This document shows positions 31,393-41,640 of a stretch of DNA of 64,000 nucleotides, piece after piece (the stretch's first letter is position 1; every line of letters begins with the position of its first letter). This stretch comes from an uncultured Gammaproteobacteria bacterium. Its GTDB lineage: Bacteria; Pseudomonadota; Gammaproteobacteria; DRLM01. Location: contig CAVSNY010000007.1 in NCBI GenBank assembly GCA_963729605.1, forward strand, positions 704,001 to 768,000. Reading direction: 5' to 3'. The position numbers and the translations under genes were made by a program. A model generated the notes under the pieces. That model saw nothing but the letters and a program-made list of their open reading frames with translations. It was not told where the DNA came from and did no database searches.

Positions 31393-31728
31393 GGGTCGCG
31401 ACGGTCTTGTTTTGCGGCGATCCGCGGCGGGCGTCCGCCCTCTGTTTTTTGCATTCAACCTGAAGCGTTGCGCAATGCGGCGGCGCGTGGCGCCATCTGC
31501 GGCGGGGTAATGCTGTCCTGGTGAGTGAGAGGATATCCGTGCCGCCTGCCCAAAGTTTCAGGCTTGCTATAAATAGCATTTTTGCGCCACCATGTCACCT
31601 CGCCGGGGGGGCAGCGCGCCGGTTGCGCCGGGCCGATTTTCTTGCCCTGATCCGGTGCCCGTTATGAATGCCCGCCGGTGTCGGACGGATGTTTTTTGCA
31701 AGTTGCGGCAGCGCCGCGGGTCTTCCAC

Positions 31729-32859
31729 ATGAGTGATTTTATAGTCGTAGGCGCAGGCCTCATCGGTCTGTTGGTGGCCCGTGAGCTGGCCGAGGCCGGC
31801 GCGACGGTGGCCGTGGTGGAGCGCGGCGAGCCGGGTAGAGAGGCATCGTGGGCCGGCGGGGGTATCTTGTCGCCGCTCTATCCCTGGCGCTACCCCGACC
31901 CGGTGAATGCGCTGGCGCGCTGGGGGCAGGCCTATTTCCCGGGATTGGCGGCCGCCCTCGCCGCGGAGACCGGCATCGATCCCGAATGGACCCCCAGCGG
32001 TTTGCTGATGCTGGACACCGGTGAATACGCCGCCGCGCAAGAGTGGGCGGAACGCTGGAATGCGCGGCTCGAGCGGGTGACGAGCGCCGCCCTGGCCGAA
32101 CTGGAACCCGCATTGACGCCGCCCGCCGGCCCGGCGCTGTGGTGGCCCGACCTGGCCCAGGTGCGTAATCCGCGTTTATTACAGGCCCTGGTCCGCGCTT
32201 TGGCTTTGAATAAACGCGTCACCCTCCACGCCGGCCTGGCCGTGACGGGTCTATTGGACGAGGGCGAGGTGGTGCGCGGCGTGCGTGCCGAGGGGCGGGA
32301 GCTGCGGGCCGATGCGGTGGTGGTCGCGGCGGGGGCGTGGAGCGCGGCCTTATTGGGGCCGGTGGCCGGCGGTTGGGACATCGCTCCGGTGCGCGGGCAA
32401 ATGCTGTTGTTTAAAGCCCCGCCTGACTTGGTGCGGCGCATCGTACTGGCGGATGGCCATTACCTGGTGCCGCGCCGCGACGGGCGGGTGCTGGCGGGCA
32501 GTACGCTGGAATATGTCGGTTTCGATAAATCCACCACCCCGGCGGCATATCGGGATTTGCATGCGGCGGCGCTGCGATTAGTGCCGGGACTGGCGGATTG
32601 CCCGGTCGAGCGGCATTGGGCGGGCCTGCGGCCTGGCAGTCCCGCGGGCGTGCCCTCGATCGGCGCCCATCCCGCGCGGCGCGGTTTGTACGTGAACGCC
32701 GGCCATTTCCGCAACGGCGTGGTCACCGGTCCCGCCTCGGCGCGTTTATTGGCCGACCTATTGTTGGGGCGGCCGCCGGTGCTGGATCCGGCGCCGTTCC
32801 GTCCCGGCAGTGCGGCGGAGGGGCGGGTCAGGGGCATGATTGGAACGATCGATGTTTGA
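31729..32859 (+). CDS. thiO: Glycine oxidase ThiO
   Basis: GAGLIG, ASWAGGGIL, PVRGQM, GHFRNG; usual position beside the minor-pilin locus. Confidence 0.85.
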   Translation: MSDFIVVGAGLIGLLVARELAEAGATVAVVERGEPGREASWAGGGILSPLYPWRYPDPVNALARWGQAYFPGLAAALAAETGIDPEWTPSGLLMLDTGEYAAAQEWAERWNARLERVTSAALAELEPALTPPAGPALWWPDLAQVRNPRLLQALVRALALNKRVTLHAGLAVTGLLDEGEVVRGVRAEGRELRADAVVVAAGAWSAALLGPVAGGWDIAPVRGQMLLFKAPPDLVRRIVLADGHYLVPRRDGRVLAGSTLEYVGFDKSTTPAAYRDLHAAALRLVPGLADCPVERHWAGLRPGSPAGVPSIGAHPARRGLYVNAGHFRNGVVTGPASARLLADLLLGRPPVLDPAPFRPGSAAEGRVRGMIGTIDV

Positions 32860-32911
32860 AGGATCGACGCCGGCGCGGTAATCTATTCGCCGACTCACGT
32901 GGTAGGGCATT

Positions 32912-33346
32912 ATGCAAAATTTTCCGTTAGATCTAGATCAAGTGCGAGTCCTGATGCGCCAGCATCACATCTCGCCGACTCAGCAGCGGGTCGAGATCGC
33001 CCGCGTGTTGTTCGCCCGTCCCCAGCATCTCTCCGCCGAGCAGGTGCTCAGCCTGGTGAATGACGGGCAGGCGCTGGTATCCAAGGCCACGGTCTACAAC
33101 ACCCTGGGCCTGTTTGCCCGCAAAGGGTTGATCCGGGAAGTGATTGTCGACCCCACCAAAGTGTTCTATGACCCCACTATCGTGCCCCACCATCATTTTT
33201 ATAACGTGGATAACGGCACCCTCATGGACATTCCCGCCGATGCCGTGGCCCTGGGTGAGTTGCCCCAACTTCCCGCCAACACCGTGGCCGAAGGCGTGGA
33301 TGTCATCATCCGCGTGCGCGAAACCGCAAGCGCCGAGAAGAGATAA
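32912..33346 (+). CDS. Fur-family transcriptional regulator (Irr-like)
   Basis: HLSAE, VSKATVYNTL, HHHFY; no CxxC. Confidence 0.88.
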   Translation: MQNFPLDLDQVRVLMRQHHISPTQQRVEIARVLFARPQHLSAEQVLSLVNDGQALVSKATVYNTLGLFARKGLIREVIVDPTKVFYDPTIVPHHHFYNVDNGTLMDIPADAVALGELPQLPANTVAEGVDVIIRVRETASAEKR

Positions 33347-33457
33347 ATTTAAAGTCGCGGTCCCGCAGGTTGTGTAAGTCTTTGTGTTTTATTTATACTG
33401 CCCCGCCTGCTCCGGGTCGGGACCGGCGTGTTTTTATGTAGAGTCCTTGGGAAATCA

Positions 33458-33533
<76 letters not shown>

Positions 33534-33866
33534 TCATCAAATCATAAAAAACCATAGTGCATCCTCTCCTTGAGACGCGGACTCAACAATAAGAGTGAGT
33601 CCCTCTGGTGAGTCGCGGGACGTTCAGCTTCCTCTTTTTTGCCCTTCTCTTCCAACAAAGAGCTAGCCCCTCTACTGAGTTGCGGGGTAATTCTCTTGCC
33701 GTACGCCCTCCTGCGCCGATCAGTCCGCTTGTTCGAGTTTTTTTCGGGGAAATTGCCAGAAAAATAATTACAAAAATTTCCAATTATTGTATTAAGTTCA
33801 TGCCGCCCGCCAGTGCCAAATTCAATAAAAACCTTTTTTATCAACGACATAAAATTTTTAAATCAC

Positions 33867-33882
33867 TGGCCGTGATCTTGCA
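33867..33882 (+). promoter_or_regulatory. Sigma54 promoter upstream of DUF4398-OmpA
   Basis: TGGCCGTGATCTTGCA, exact GG-N10-GC, AT-rich upstream tract. Confidence 0.55.
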
Positions 33883-33999
33883 AAAGCAAGCGTGAGATAT
33901 GAAAACGCGTAGCGTATTGAATTGATATTCAAATCCATCGCTGTGCGTTCATCTTTCCAAGCCTCGGTTCACGGGCATCAACCCATGGAAGAAATACGT

Positions 34000-34416
34000 A
34001 TGAATACACTCGCAAGTTTTAATTCACATCGACCCAAAAAAGGGGTGTTGGCTACAGTCATGGCCGGCATCGTGCTCTTCATGGCGGGTTGCGCGAGTAT
34101 CCCTCCGCCGACGGATCAGCTGGCGGTGACCAAGGCGGCGGTCGCGGATGCGTCGGCCAGCGGTGCGAATGAATTCGCGCCCGTGGAACTTAAATCGGCG
34201 ATGGACAAGCTGAGCGAAGCTGAGCGCGCCATGGCCGAGAAGAAATATGCGCAAGCCAAACGTCTGGCGGAAGAAGCTCGGTTGGCCGCCAAGCTGGCGG
34301 AGACTAAAACCCATACCGCCAAGGCTCAACGGGCGGTTGAAAACGCCCAGGAATCCAATCGCATTCTCCGCGAGGAGTTGCAGCGCGCCGCCCCGGCAGC
34401 GCAGTCGGCGCCGTAA
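34000..34416 (+). CDS. DUF4398-family lipoprotein
   Basis: Lipobox MAGC, FAPVELKSA..KL..A helical pattern, paired with OmpA. Confidence 0.8.
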   Translation: MNTLASFNSHRPKKGVLATVMAGIVLFMAGCASIPPPTDQLAVTKAAVADASASGANEFAPVELKSAMDKLSEAERAMAEKKYAQAKRLAEEARLAAKLAETKTHTAKAQRAVENAQESNRILREELQRAAPAAQSAP

Positions 34417-34455
34417 GCGTTGTCATCGTCAGAAATGAACTTGAAGGGATATGCC

Positions 34456-35445
34456 ATGAAAAATGTTCACACCTCATTGGCGCTGGTTTGCGCCGCCGTT
34501 ATGCTGGTGGCTTGCGGGACGGCGCCGAAACATCCGGTATTAGAAGAGGCCCGCAGCGGTTACAACACGGCGCAAAGCGACCCTACTGTCACCAAGCTCG
34601 CCGCACTTGAATTACAAGAGGCGGGTAAGGCCGTGGAAAATGCCGAGCGGGCCCACGCCAAAGGCGAAGACAAAGAAGTGGTCGATCACCTGGCGCTGGT
34701 CGCCAAACAACGGGTCTTGATCGCGCAGGAAATCGCCAAGCAAAAAACCACGGAGGCGGAGGTGGCGAACGCAAATCTCGAGCGCGAAAAAGTGCGTCTC
34801 GAAATGCGCACCGCCGAGGCCGAAGCCGCCAAACAGAAGGCCGCCGCCGCCGAAGCGGCCACGCAACGGTTGAACGAACAACTGGCCGCCGCCAAAGATG
34901 AACGGGAGCGGGAGCGGGAACGGCTGAGGCTGGAGGCGCAGGCGGCCGAGGCGAAACAGCAGGCTGAACTCGCGCAGCAAAGCAGTTCGCAAAAGGAAGC
35001 GGAGCTGGAAGCGATCAATGCCAAACTTAAACAGATGGAGACGGAGCTCAACGAGCTGAATGCCAAAAAGACCGAACGCGGCATGGTGATCACCCTCGGC
35101 GATGTGCTGTTCGACACCAATAAATCTCAGCTCAAGGCGGGCGGTATTCGCAATCTGGAAAAATTGGCGGCCTTTTTCAATGAATATCCGGAGCGCAAGG
35201 CGCTCATCGAGGGCTTTACCGATAGCACCGGCGATGAGAATTACAATCAGCAGTTGTCCGAACGGCGCGCCAACGCCGTACGTACCGCCCTCGTCGAGAT
35301 GGGGATCGGCGCCGAGCGCTTATCCACCCGCGGTTACGGCGAGAATTTTCCCGTCGCGGGTAATGACACGGCCGCTGGTCGGCAAATGAACCGGCGCGTG
35401 GAAATCGTCCTTTCCGACGATCAAGGCAATGTAAAGTCGCGTTGA
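34456..35445 (+). CDS. OmpA-family lipoprotein with DUF4398 and coiled coil
   Basis: LVAC lipobox, TLGDVLFD, IEGFTDSTG, LSERRA, NRRVEI. Confidence 0.9.
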   Translation: MKNVHTSLALVCAAVMLVACGTAPKHPVLEEARSGYNTAQSDPTVTKLAALELQEAGKAVENAERAHAKGEDKEVVDHLALVAKQRVLIAQEIAKQKTTEAEVANANLEREKVRLEMRTAEAEAAKQKAAAAEAATQRLNEQLAAAKDERERERERLRLEAQAAEAKQQAELAQQSSSQKEAELEAINAKLKQMETELNELNAKKTERGMVITLGDVLFDTNKSQLKAGGIRNLEKLAAFFNEYPERKALIEGFTDSTGDENYNQQLSERRANAVRTALVEMGIGAERLSTRGYGENFPVAGNDTAAGRQMNRRVEIVLSDDQGNVKSR

Positions 35446-35609
35446 TAAATTGATAAATTGATAAATTGATAAATTGATAAATTGATGAATTGATGAATTG
35501 ATGAATTGATGAATTGATGAATTGATGAATTGATGAGTTGATGAGTTGATGAGTTGATGAGTTGATGAGTTGATGAGTTGATGAGTTGATGAGTTGATGA
35601 GTTGATGAG
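35442..35609. repeat. Tandem 8-mer array (TTGATAAA)5(TTGATGAA)6(TTGATGAG)10
   Basis: Counted directly; the first unit contains the OmpA TGA stop. Confidence 0.98.
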
Positions 35610-35663
35610 AAATTACGGCCTGTCTCACCATCAGAAAAGATATTCAAGCAATGGATCGGTATT

Positions 35664-35699
35664 CCCTCTCCCGCAAGCGGGAGAGGGTAAGGGTGAGGG
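35664..35699. repeat. REP-like hairpin CCCTCTCCCGCAAGCGGGAGAGGG with TAAGGGTGAGGG tail
   Basis: Perfect palindrome; family repeated in this window. Confidence 0.7.
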
Positions 35700-35992
35700 C
35701 GTCACACAATGACCGCATCACTCCGGGCTTACCTTATTTTTCTCTCCCTCACTGGCGGTTGTGGTCCCTTGCTGCGCTTTCCCGCCCGCGGAGAGGGATG
35801 TGTCCCGGGATTCTTTCAGCGTCGGGTGGACCGCAGGTTTGGGCTACCCGGCTGTTCACGCTTCCGCAAATCGCAACAGGCCTTTCAAGCCGCCGTTAAC
35901 GGTCCGTGGAAAATAAATCATCGTCATGGGTGGCCGCACACCCCCCTGCCATTCTCAAGTCGATTTTGAGATAGGTTCTAGTTATCCCCTGA

Positions 35993-38900
35993 TCAAGGAG
36001 CTTCGCCGGCTTGCGCGACCTCGCTTTGGGCGAAGGCGCGGAGCTCACGCACGGCGACACTGAGCATGGCCAGATCGCTTTTTCCGCCGGCGCGGATGTC
36101 GGCGAACAAAGCGCGGCAATGCTCGATGCCCACCTTGTTGCGTTCCATCCAGGCGGCGACGCGTTGCTCGCTGCTTTTAATGGTTCGCGTGGTGGTCAAG
36201 GCGTCCTTGGTGAGGACGCGCAGCGCGTTATATAACTCATCCATCAAGCCGATGCGGGCACGCCGTTGCCAGATATCGCGGCGGGGCAGGGCATGCACAC
36301 TCTCCTTCAACCAATGCAATTCCAAGGCGGAATTGAGCGTGAAATACAGCTCGGCGGCGCGCGCGATCTCGCTGCCGGTCTCCATCGCCACTTCGGTCAA
36401 ATCCAGCGCGGCGTACAAGGCGTCGAGCCCGGCGACGCGCAAGGCCAGTTCCTTGGGCACCCCCAGCGCTTGCCAGTGGCGCACCTGCTTTTGCAGCGCA
36501 TGACGTTCCGCTTCTTTCGCCAAGCGAGTGAGCCGCGCGGCAAGCGTGGTGACTTGCGGCGCGTAACGCTCGATGGTGGCGGCGATGTCCAGCGGCGTGC
36601 GGCGATGGCGCAACAGCCAGAGGGTGGCGCGATCCAGCAGACGGCGGCTCTCGCTGAACAGTTCGATCTGGGTGCCGGCACTCACTTGATTATCCAAAGA
36701 CTCGACGGCCTGCCACACGGCGCGGATGTCGAAAATTTCCCGCGCGGCGGTATAGGCGCGCGCGATGTCCGCCGGATGGCGGCCGCTGGCGTCCTGCATG
36801 CGCAGCCAAAAAGTGCTGCCCATGCGATTGATCATGCCATTGGTGATCTGAGTGGCGATGATCTCGCGTTTGAGCGGGTGGTTTTCCATTTGCGCGGCGT
36901 AACGCGCACGCAGCGGCGCCGGAAAATAACTGGCCAATTCGTGGGAGAGGAAGGGGTCTTCGGCGATGTCGGCGGTGAGCAGCATTTCCGATAGCCGAAT
37001 CTTGCTGTAAGCGAGCAAGGTGGCGAGCTCGGGACGGGTGAGCCCCTCTTGGGCGTTTTCGCGTTCCGCGAGCTGTTCATCGCCGGGTAGGAATTCCAGC
37101 TTGCGTTTCAGCCGGCCTTCTTTTTCCAGGAGGCGGATCAAGCGCGCATGGTCGCCGAGCAGCAGCGGCGCGTGTTGCGCGGCGACGCTGAGCGCCTCGG
37201 ATTGCAGATAGTTGTCGCTGAGCACCAGGTCCGCCACTTCTTCGGTCATGTCGGCCAGCAGGCGGTTGCGCTGCTTGAGCGTCAGGTCGCCGTTGGCCAC
37301 CACTTGGTCGAGCAGAATTTTGATGTTCACTTCGTGATCGGAACAGCTCACGCCGCCGGAGTTGTCGATGGCGTCGGTGTTGATCAGCCCGCCGCGGCGG
37401 GCGAATTCTACTCGCGCCAATTGGGTGAAGCCGAGGTTGCCGCCTTCGCCCACCACTTTGCAGCGCAGTTCCGCGGCGTCGATGCGCAAGGCGTCGTTGG
37501 CGCGGTCGCCGACATCGGCGTGGGTCTCGCCGCTGGCTTTGATGAAAGTGCCGATGCCGCCGTTCCACAATAAATCCACCGGCGCGCGGAGTATGGCCTG
37601 GATGAGTTCGTTGGGCGCGAGCTGCGCGGCCTCGATGCCGAGCGCGCGACGCGCCGCCTCGCTTAACTGAATGAGCTTGGCGCGCCGCGAATAGACGCCG
37701 CCGCCGGCCGAGATCAGCGCCGGATTGTAATCCGACCAATTGGAGCGCGGCAGTTTGAACAAGCGCCGCCGTTCTTCCAGGCTCGCCGCGGCGTCGGGAT
37801 CGGGATCGATGAAGATGTGGAGATGATTGAAGGCGGCGATCAGGCGGATGTGCGGCGACAGCAGCATGCCGTTGCCGAACACGTCGCCGGCCATGTCGCC
37901 GATGCCCGCCACCGTAAAATCCTGGCGTTGAATGTCGCGGCGCAGTGCGCGGAAGTGCCGCTTCACGCACTCCCAGGCGCCGCGCGCGGTGATGGCCATT
38001 TTTTTGTGGTCGTAACCGCTGGAGCCGCCGGAGGCGAAGGCGTCGCCCAGCCAAAAGCCGTAATCGGCGGAAATGGCGTTGGCGATGTCGGAGAAGGTGG
38101 CCGTGCCTTTGTCGGCGGCGACCACCATATAGGGATCGTCGCCGTCGTAACGCACCACCTGCGGCGGCGGGATGAGCGCGCCCTTGACCAAATTATCGGT
38201 GAGGTCCAGCAGGCCGGAGATGAAGCTGCGGTAACAGTAGATCACTTCATCTTGGATGGCGTCACGGTCGTCGCCCGTGGGCAGCCGCTTGGGAAAGAAA
38301 CCGCCTTTGGCGCCCACCGGGACGATCACGGTGTTCTTCACCATCTGCGCCTTCATCAGACCGAGCACCTCGGTGCGGAAATCCTCGCGGCGGTCCGACC
38401 AGCGGATGCCGCCGCGCGCCACCGGTCCGCCGCGCAGGTGCACGCCTTCCACGCGCGGCGAGTAGACGAAGATCTCGAACATCGGCCGCGGCAAGGGCAG
38501 ATTGGGAATCTGCGCCGGATCGAATTTGAAGGACAGATAGGATTTGTGCTGACCGTTGGCGGCGGTCTGGTAGTAGTTGGTGCGCAGCATGGCCTGGATG
38601 AGGGCGAGGAACTGGCGCAGGATGCGGTCCTCGTCGAGATTGGCGACCGCGGACAGATGTTTTTCGAGCGCGGCGCCGATGTCGGCACCGCGCGCGATGG
38701 CGTTTTCCCGGCCGCGCGGATCGAAGCGGGTCTCGAACAATTCCACCAGCAAGGCGGCCACCCGCGGATTGTTGGCCAGGCTGTGTTCCATATAGGCCTG
38801 GCTGAAGGGCGTGCGGGTCTGCAGCAGATATTTGCAGAGGGCGCGCAACACCACCACGCCGCGCCAGGGCAGGCGCGCGGCGAGCACCAGTTGATTGAAG

Positions 38901-40858
38901 CCGTCGCTCTCCATGGCGCCGCCGCAAATTTGCGCGAAGGCGTCTTGGAAGAGGTCTTTTACTTCCATGACGTCCACGCTGTGTTGCGCGCCCACGGTCA
39001 TATCGAAATCCAATATCCAATACGGGCCGCCGGAACGGGGGGTGATTTCGTAAGGCCGCGCGCTCAATACCCGCAAGCCCATGCGCTCGAGCATGGGCAG
39101 GACGTCGGAGAGCGCCATGGGCCGCTGGTGGCCGAAGACCTTGAAACGCAGCAGCTCGCCGCCTTCCTCGAGCGGGCGGTACAAATGGGTGGCGAGCGGC
39201 TGATCGGCGCCGATGCCTTCCAGCCGTTGAATGTCGAGCACCGCGCTGCGCGGGGAAAAATCGTCGCGATAGGCGGGCGGAAAGGCGTCGCGGTAACGTT
39301 GATGGAGCCGGGTGCCGGCCTCTTCGCCGACGTGTTCGTGGAGGACGCCGCACAAGACGTCCTGCCAGGACAACATGGCCTCCACCATGCGCGCCTGCAG
39401 TTGGGCGACGTCGTAGTCGGGGACATGCTCGGGGCGGGTGCGGATGATGAAATGCACCCGCGCCAGCGGTGATTCGGAGATCTGGATGTTGAATTCCGCG
39501 CTTTGTCCGTCGAGGGCGCTCAGCAAAATATCCTGGATGCGGCGGCGCAAATCGGTGTGATAACGGTCACGCGGCACATAGACCAGCGCGGTGATGAAGC
39601 GGCCGAACAAATCCTTGCGCATGAAGAGTCCGAGGCGATGGCGTTCCTGCACTTGGAAGATGCCGGTGGCCACCTCGTACAATTCCTGTTCGGTGAACTG
39701 AAACATCTCGTCGCGCGGAAAGGTGTCGAGGATGTGGACCAGCGCCTTGCGGCCGTGGCTGGCGGGCGGGTAGCCGGCGCGGTCGACGACGTAGCGGACC
39801 TTTTTGCGGAGGATGGGGATGTCGCTGGGCCGCGCGCTGTAGGCCAGCGAGCTGTACAGGCCGAGGCAGCGCCATTCGCCGATCACCTCGCCCGCGTCGT
39901 CGTAGCGTTTTATGCCGAGATAATCGAGGTGCACCGGCCGGTGCACCGTGGAGACGCTGGTGGACTTGGTGATGATCAGCAGGGTGGGCAGGCGGGCCAG
40001 GGCCCGCAACGGCGGCGGGATCTGCGCGAAGCTCTGCGATTCGCGCGCCGGATCGTCGCTGCTGTCGCGCAATACCCCCAGGCCCGAGCCGGGGACCTGG
40101 CGCAGCACATCCTGACCTTGTTCGTTCACCAAGTCATAGGCCCGGAAGCCGATGAAGGTGAAGTGATGGTTGTTCACCCAGCGCAGGAAATGCAGCACTT
40201 CCTGCTGGTCTTCGGGGTCCACCGGCAGACTGCGCGGCTCGAGAGAGGTGATGATGGCGGCGATGCGTTCGCGCATGGCGGCCCAATCGTCGACCACCGC
40301 GCGCACGTCGCTCAAAACCCGCCGCAGTCCGTCGCGCAGCTGCTGCAATTCGGCGGCGCCGGTTTGACGGGTGATCTCGAAACGCATCACCGCCTCCGGC
40401 GCGCCGTCCGTCCCGCCGCCAAGGCGGGGCAATACGGCGCGGAGCAGCCCCGCCTCGTTACGGATCATGCGCAGCACCGGGTGCAGCGAAAAGTGCAGGG
40501 TGTAGCCCTGGCGCAGCAATTCCATGCTGAGCGAATCCACCAGAAACGGCCGGTCGTCGCACACCACCTCGACCACGGTATGGGTGGATTGCCAGCCGTG
40601 TTCTTCGTAACGGGGGTTGTAGACGTGCACCAGGTCTTCGTCGGCGCGGCGCTGGCGCGCCAGCTTCCAATGGCAAAGCGCGGCGCCGTAGAGGTCTTCC
40701 ACCGGGCGTTCCAGCAGGTCGTCGCTGTTGCCGGCCTCGTAATAAGGGCGCGCGAAATCGGCCGCCTGTTCAGCCTCCGGTGCGCCGAGCCGTTCTTGAA
40801 TGAGCGCGGCGATGCGCTCGAGCAGGGCGGTTTTATCCTGACTGGGGTTAAGGCTCAT
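35993..40858 (-). CDS. gdhB: Large NAD-specific glutamate dehydrogenase
   Basis: About 1620 aa; ARGGIRWSDR, VVAADKGTATFSD, GYDHK, GDMAGDVFGNG. Confidence 0.95.
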   Translation of the reverse strand: MSLNPSQDKTALLERIAALIQERLGAPEAEQAADFARPYYEAGNSDDLLERPVEDLYGAALCHWKLARQRRADEDLVHVYNPRYEEHGWQSTHTVVEVVCDDRPFLVDSLSMELLRQGYTLHFSLHPVLRMIRNEAGLLRAVLPRLGGGTDGAPEAVMRFEITRQTGAAELQQLRDGLRRVLSDVRAVVDDWAAMRERIAAIITSLEPRSLPVDPEDQQEVLHFLRWVNNHHFTFIGFRAYDLVNEQGQDVLRQVPGSGLGVLRDSSDDPARESQSFAQIPPPLRALARLPTLLIITKSTSVSTVHRPVHLDYLGIKRYDDAGEVIGEWRCLGLYSSLAYSARPSDIPILRKKVRYVVDRAGYPPASHGRKALVHILDTFPRDEMFQFTEQELYEVATGIFQVQERHRLGLFMRKDLFGRFITALVYVPRDRYHTDLRRRIQDILLSALDGQSAEFNIQISESPLARVHFIIRTRPEHVPDYDVAQLQARMVEAMLSWQDVLCGVLHEHVGEEAGTRLHQRYRDAFPPAYRDDFSPRSAVLDIQRLEGIGADQPLATHLYRPLEEGGELLRFKVFGHQRPMALSDVLPMLERMGLRVLSARPYEITPRSGGPYWILDFDMTVGAQHSVDVMEVKDLFQDAFAQICGGAMESDGFNQLVLAARLPWRGVVVLRALCKYLLQTRTPFSQAYMEHSLANNPRVAALLVELFETRFDPRGRENAIARGADIGAALEKHLSAVANLDEDRILRQFLALIQAMLRTNYYQTAANGQHKSYLSFKFDPAQIPNLPLPRPMFEIFVYSPRVEGVHLRGGPVARGGIRWSDRREDFRTEVLGLMKAQMVKNTVIVPVGAKGGFFPKRLPTGDDRDAIQDEVIYCYRSFISGLLDLTDNLVKGALIPPPQVVRYDGDDPYMVVAADKGTATFSDIANAISADYGFWLGDAFASGGSSGYDHKKMAITARGAWECVKRHFRALRRDIQRQDFTVAGIGDMAGDVFGNGMLLSPHIRLIAAFNHLHIFIDPDPDAAASLEERRRLFKLPRSNWSDYNPALISAGGGVYSRRAKLIQLSEAARRALGIEAAQLAPNELIQAILRAPVDLLWNGGIGTFIKASGETHADVGDRANDALRIDAAELRCKVVGEGGNLGFTQLARVEFARRGGLINTDAIDNSGGVSCSDHEVNIKILLDQVVANGDLTLKQRNRLLADMTEEVADLVLSDNYLQSEALSVAAQHAPLLLGDHARLIRLLEKEGRLKRKLEFLPGDEQLAERENAQEGLTRPELATLLAYSKIRLSEMLLTADIAEDPFLSHELASYFPAPLRARYAAQMENHPLKREIIATQITNGMINRMGSTFWLRMQDASGRHPADIARAYTAAREIFDIRAVWQAVESLDNQVSAGTQIELFSESRRLLDRATLWLLRHRRTPLDIAATIERYAPQVTTLAARLTRLAKEAERHALQKQVRHWQALGVPKELALRVAGLDALYAALDLTEVAMETGSEIARAAELYFTLNSALELHWLKESVHALPRRDIWQRRARIGLMDELYNALRVLTKDALTTTRTIKSSEQRVAAWMERNKVGIEHCRALFADIRAGGKSDLAMLSVAVRELRAFAQSEVAQAGEAP

Positions 40859-41145
40859 GCGAGTTCCTTCCACACATCGGCCAAGTGTGCCTTGAACCGC
40901 GCGAATAGCCAATGAGCGCGGTCTTGCGGCGTGATGCGCCGGCCAAGATTTTCACTGTTATTTTTCGCGTGCGCCATTGCCGACGTTATCGTCATGCCGC
41001 CGCGAAAAATCAAGCGGAGCCGCCCGCCGTCGACGGCGCGGCTCGCTATTGGGGGGCGCTTTCTGAGAAAATGAGCGCCCCGGCCGCCGGCCTATGCGCG
41101 GCCGGGGCGGAATTTTTATAAACCACCGACTCAAAGGAAGCCGAT

Positions 41146-41640
41146 ATGACGCCATTAGTGGGTCTCATCATGGGTTCAAAGTCCGATTGGGACACGCTGC
41201 AACACGCCGCGGCCACCCTCGACCAACTGGGCGTGCCCTTCGAGGCGCGAGTGGTGTCGGCGCACCGCACCCCCGATCTGTTGTTCGACTACGCCGCCGG
41301 CGCGGAGGCGCGCGGCCTGGAGCTGATCATCGCCGGTGCCGGCGGCGCGGCCCATCTGCCCGGCATGGTGGCGGCCAAGACCGTGCTGCCGGTGTTGGGT
41401 GTGCCGGTGCAGTCGCAGGCCCTCAACGGCATGGACTCCCTGTTGTCCATCGTGCAGATGCCGGCGGGGGTGCCGGTGGGTACCTTGGCCATAGGCAAGG
41501 CCGGTGCGATCAACGCCGCCTTGCTGGCGGCGGGCATCCTCGGGGCCAAACATCCGAATTTTCGCGAGGCGCTGCGCCGATTCCGGCAGGACCAGACCGC
41601 CGCGGTGCTGGCCAAGCGCGATCCGCGGGAGCAGCCTTGA
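41146..41640 (+). CDS. purE: N5-CAIR mutase
   Basis: [21 protein letters not shown]. Confidence 0.97.
   Translation: MTPLVGLIMGSKSDWDTLQHAAATLDQLGVPFEARVVSAHRTPDLLFDYAAGAEARGLELIIAGAGGAAHLPGMVAAKTVLPVLGVPVQSQALNGMDSLLSIVQMPAGVPVGTLAIGKAGAINAALLAAGILGAKHPNFREALRRFRQDQTAAVLAKRDPREQP

Noticed and set aside
31575-31589. Sigma54 promoter for pilV (TGGCGCAAAAATGCT on the minus strand)
   Set aside because: Spacing is GG-N9-GC, one base short of the required N10.
35216-35647. Minus-strand ORFs with HQLINSST repeats
   Set aside because: These are translations of the octamer array antisense to OmpA; there is no evidence of coding.
37817-40915. Long plus-strand ORFs (551 and 470 aa) antisense to gdhB, and similar ORFs opposite murJ, ileS and moxR
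   Set aside because: Expected antisense open frames in high-GC coding DNA; no recognisable motifs.
41094-41639. Apparent 545-aa extended PurK
   Set aside because: It overlaps purE out of frame; the true start is the TGATG-coupled ATG at 41640.
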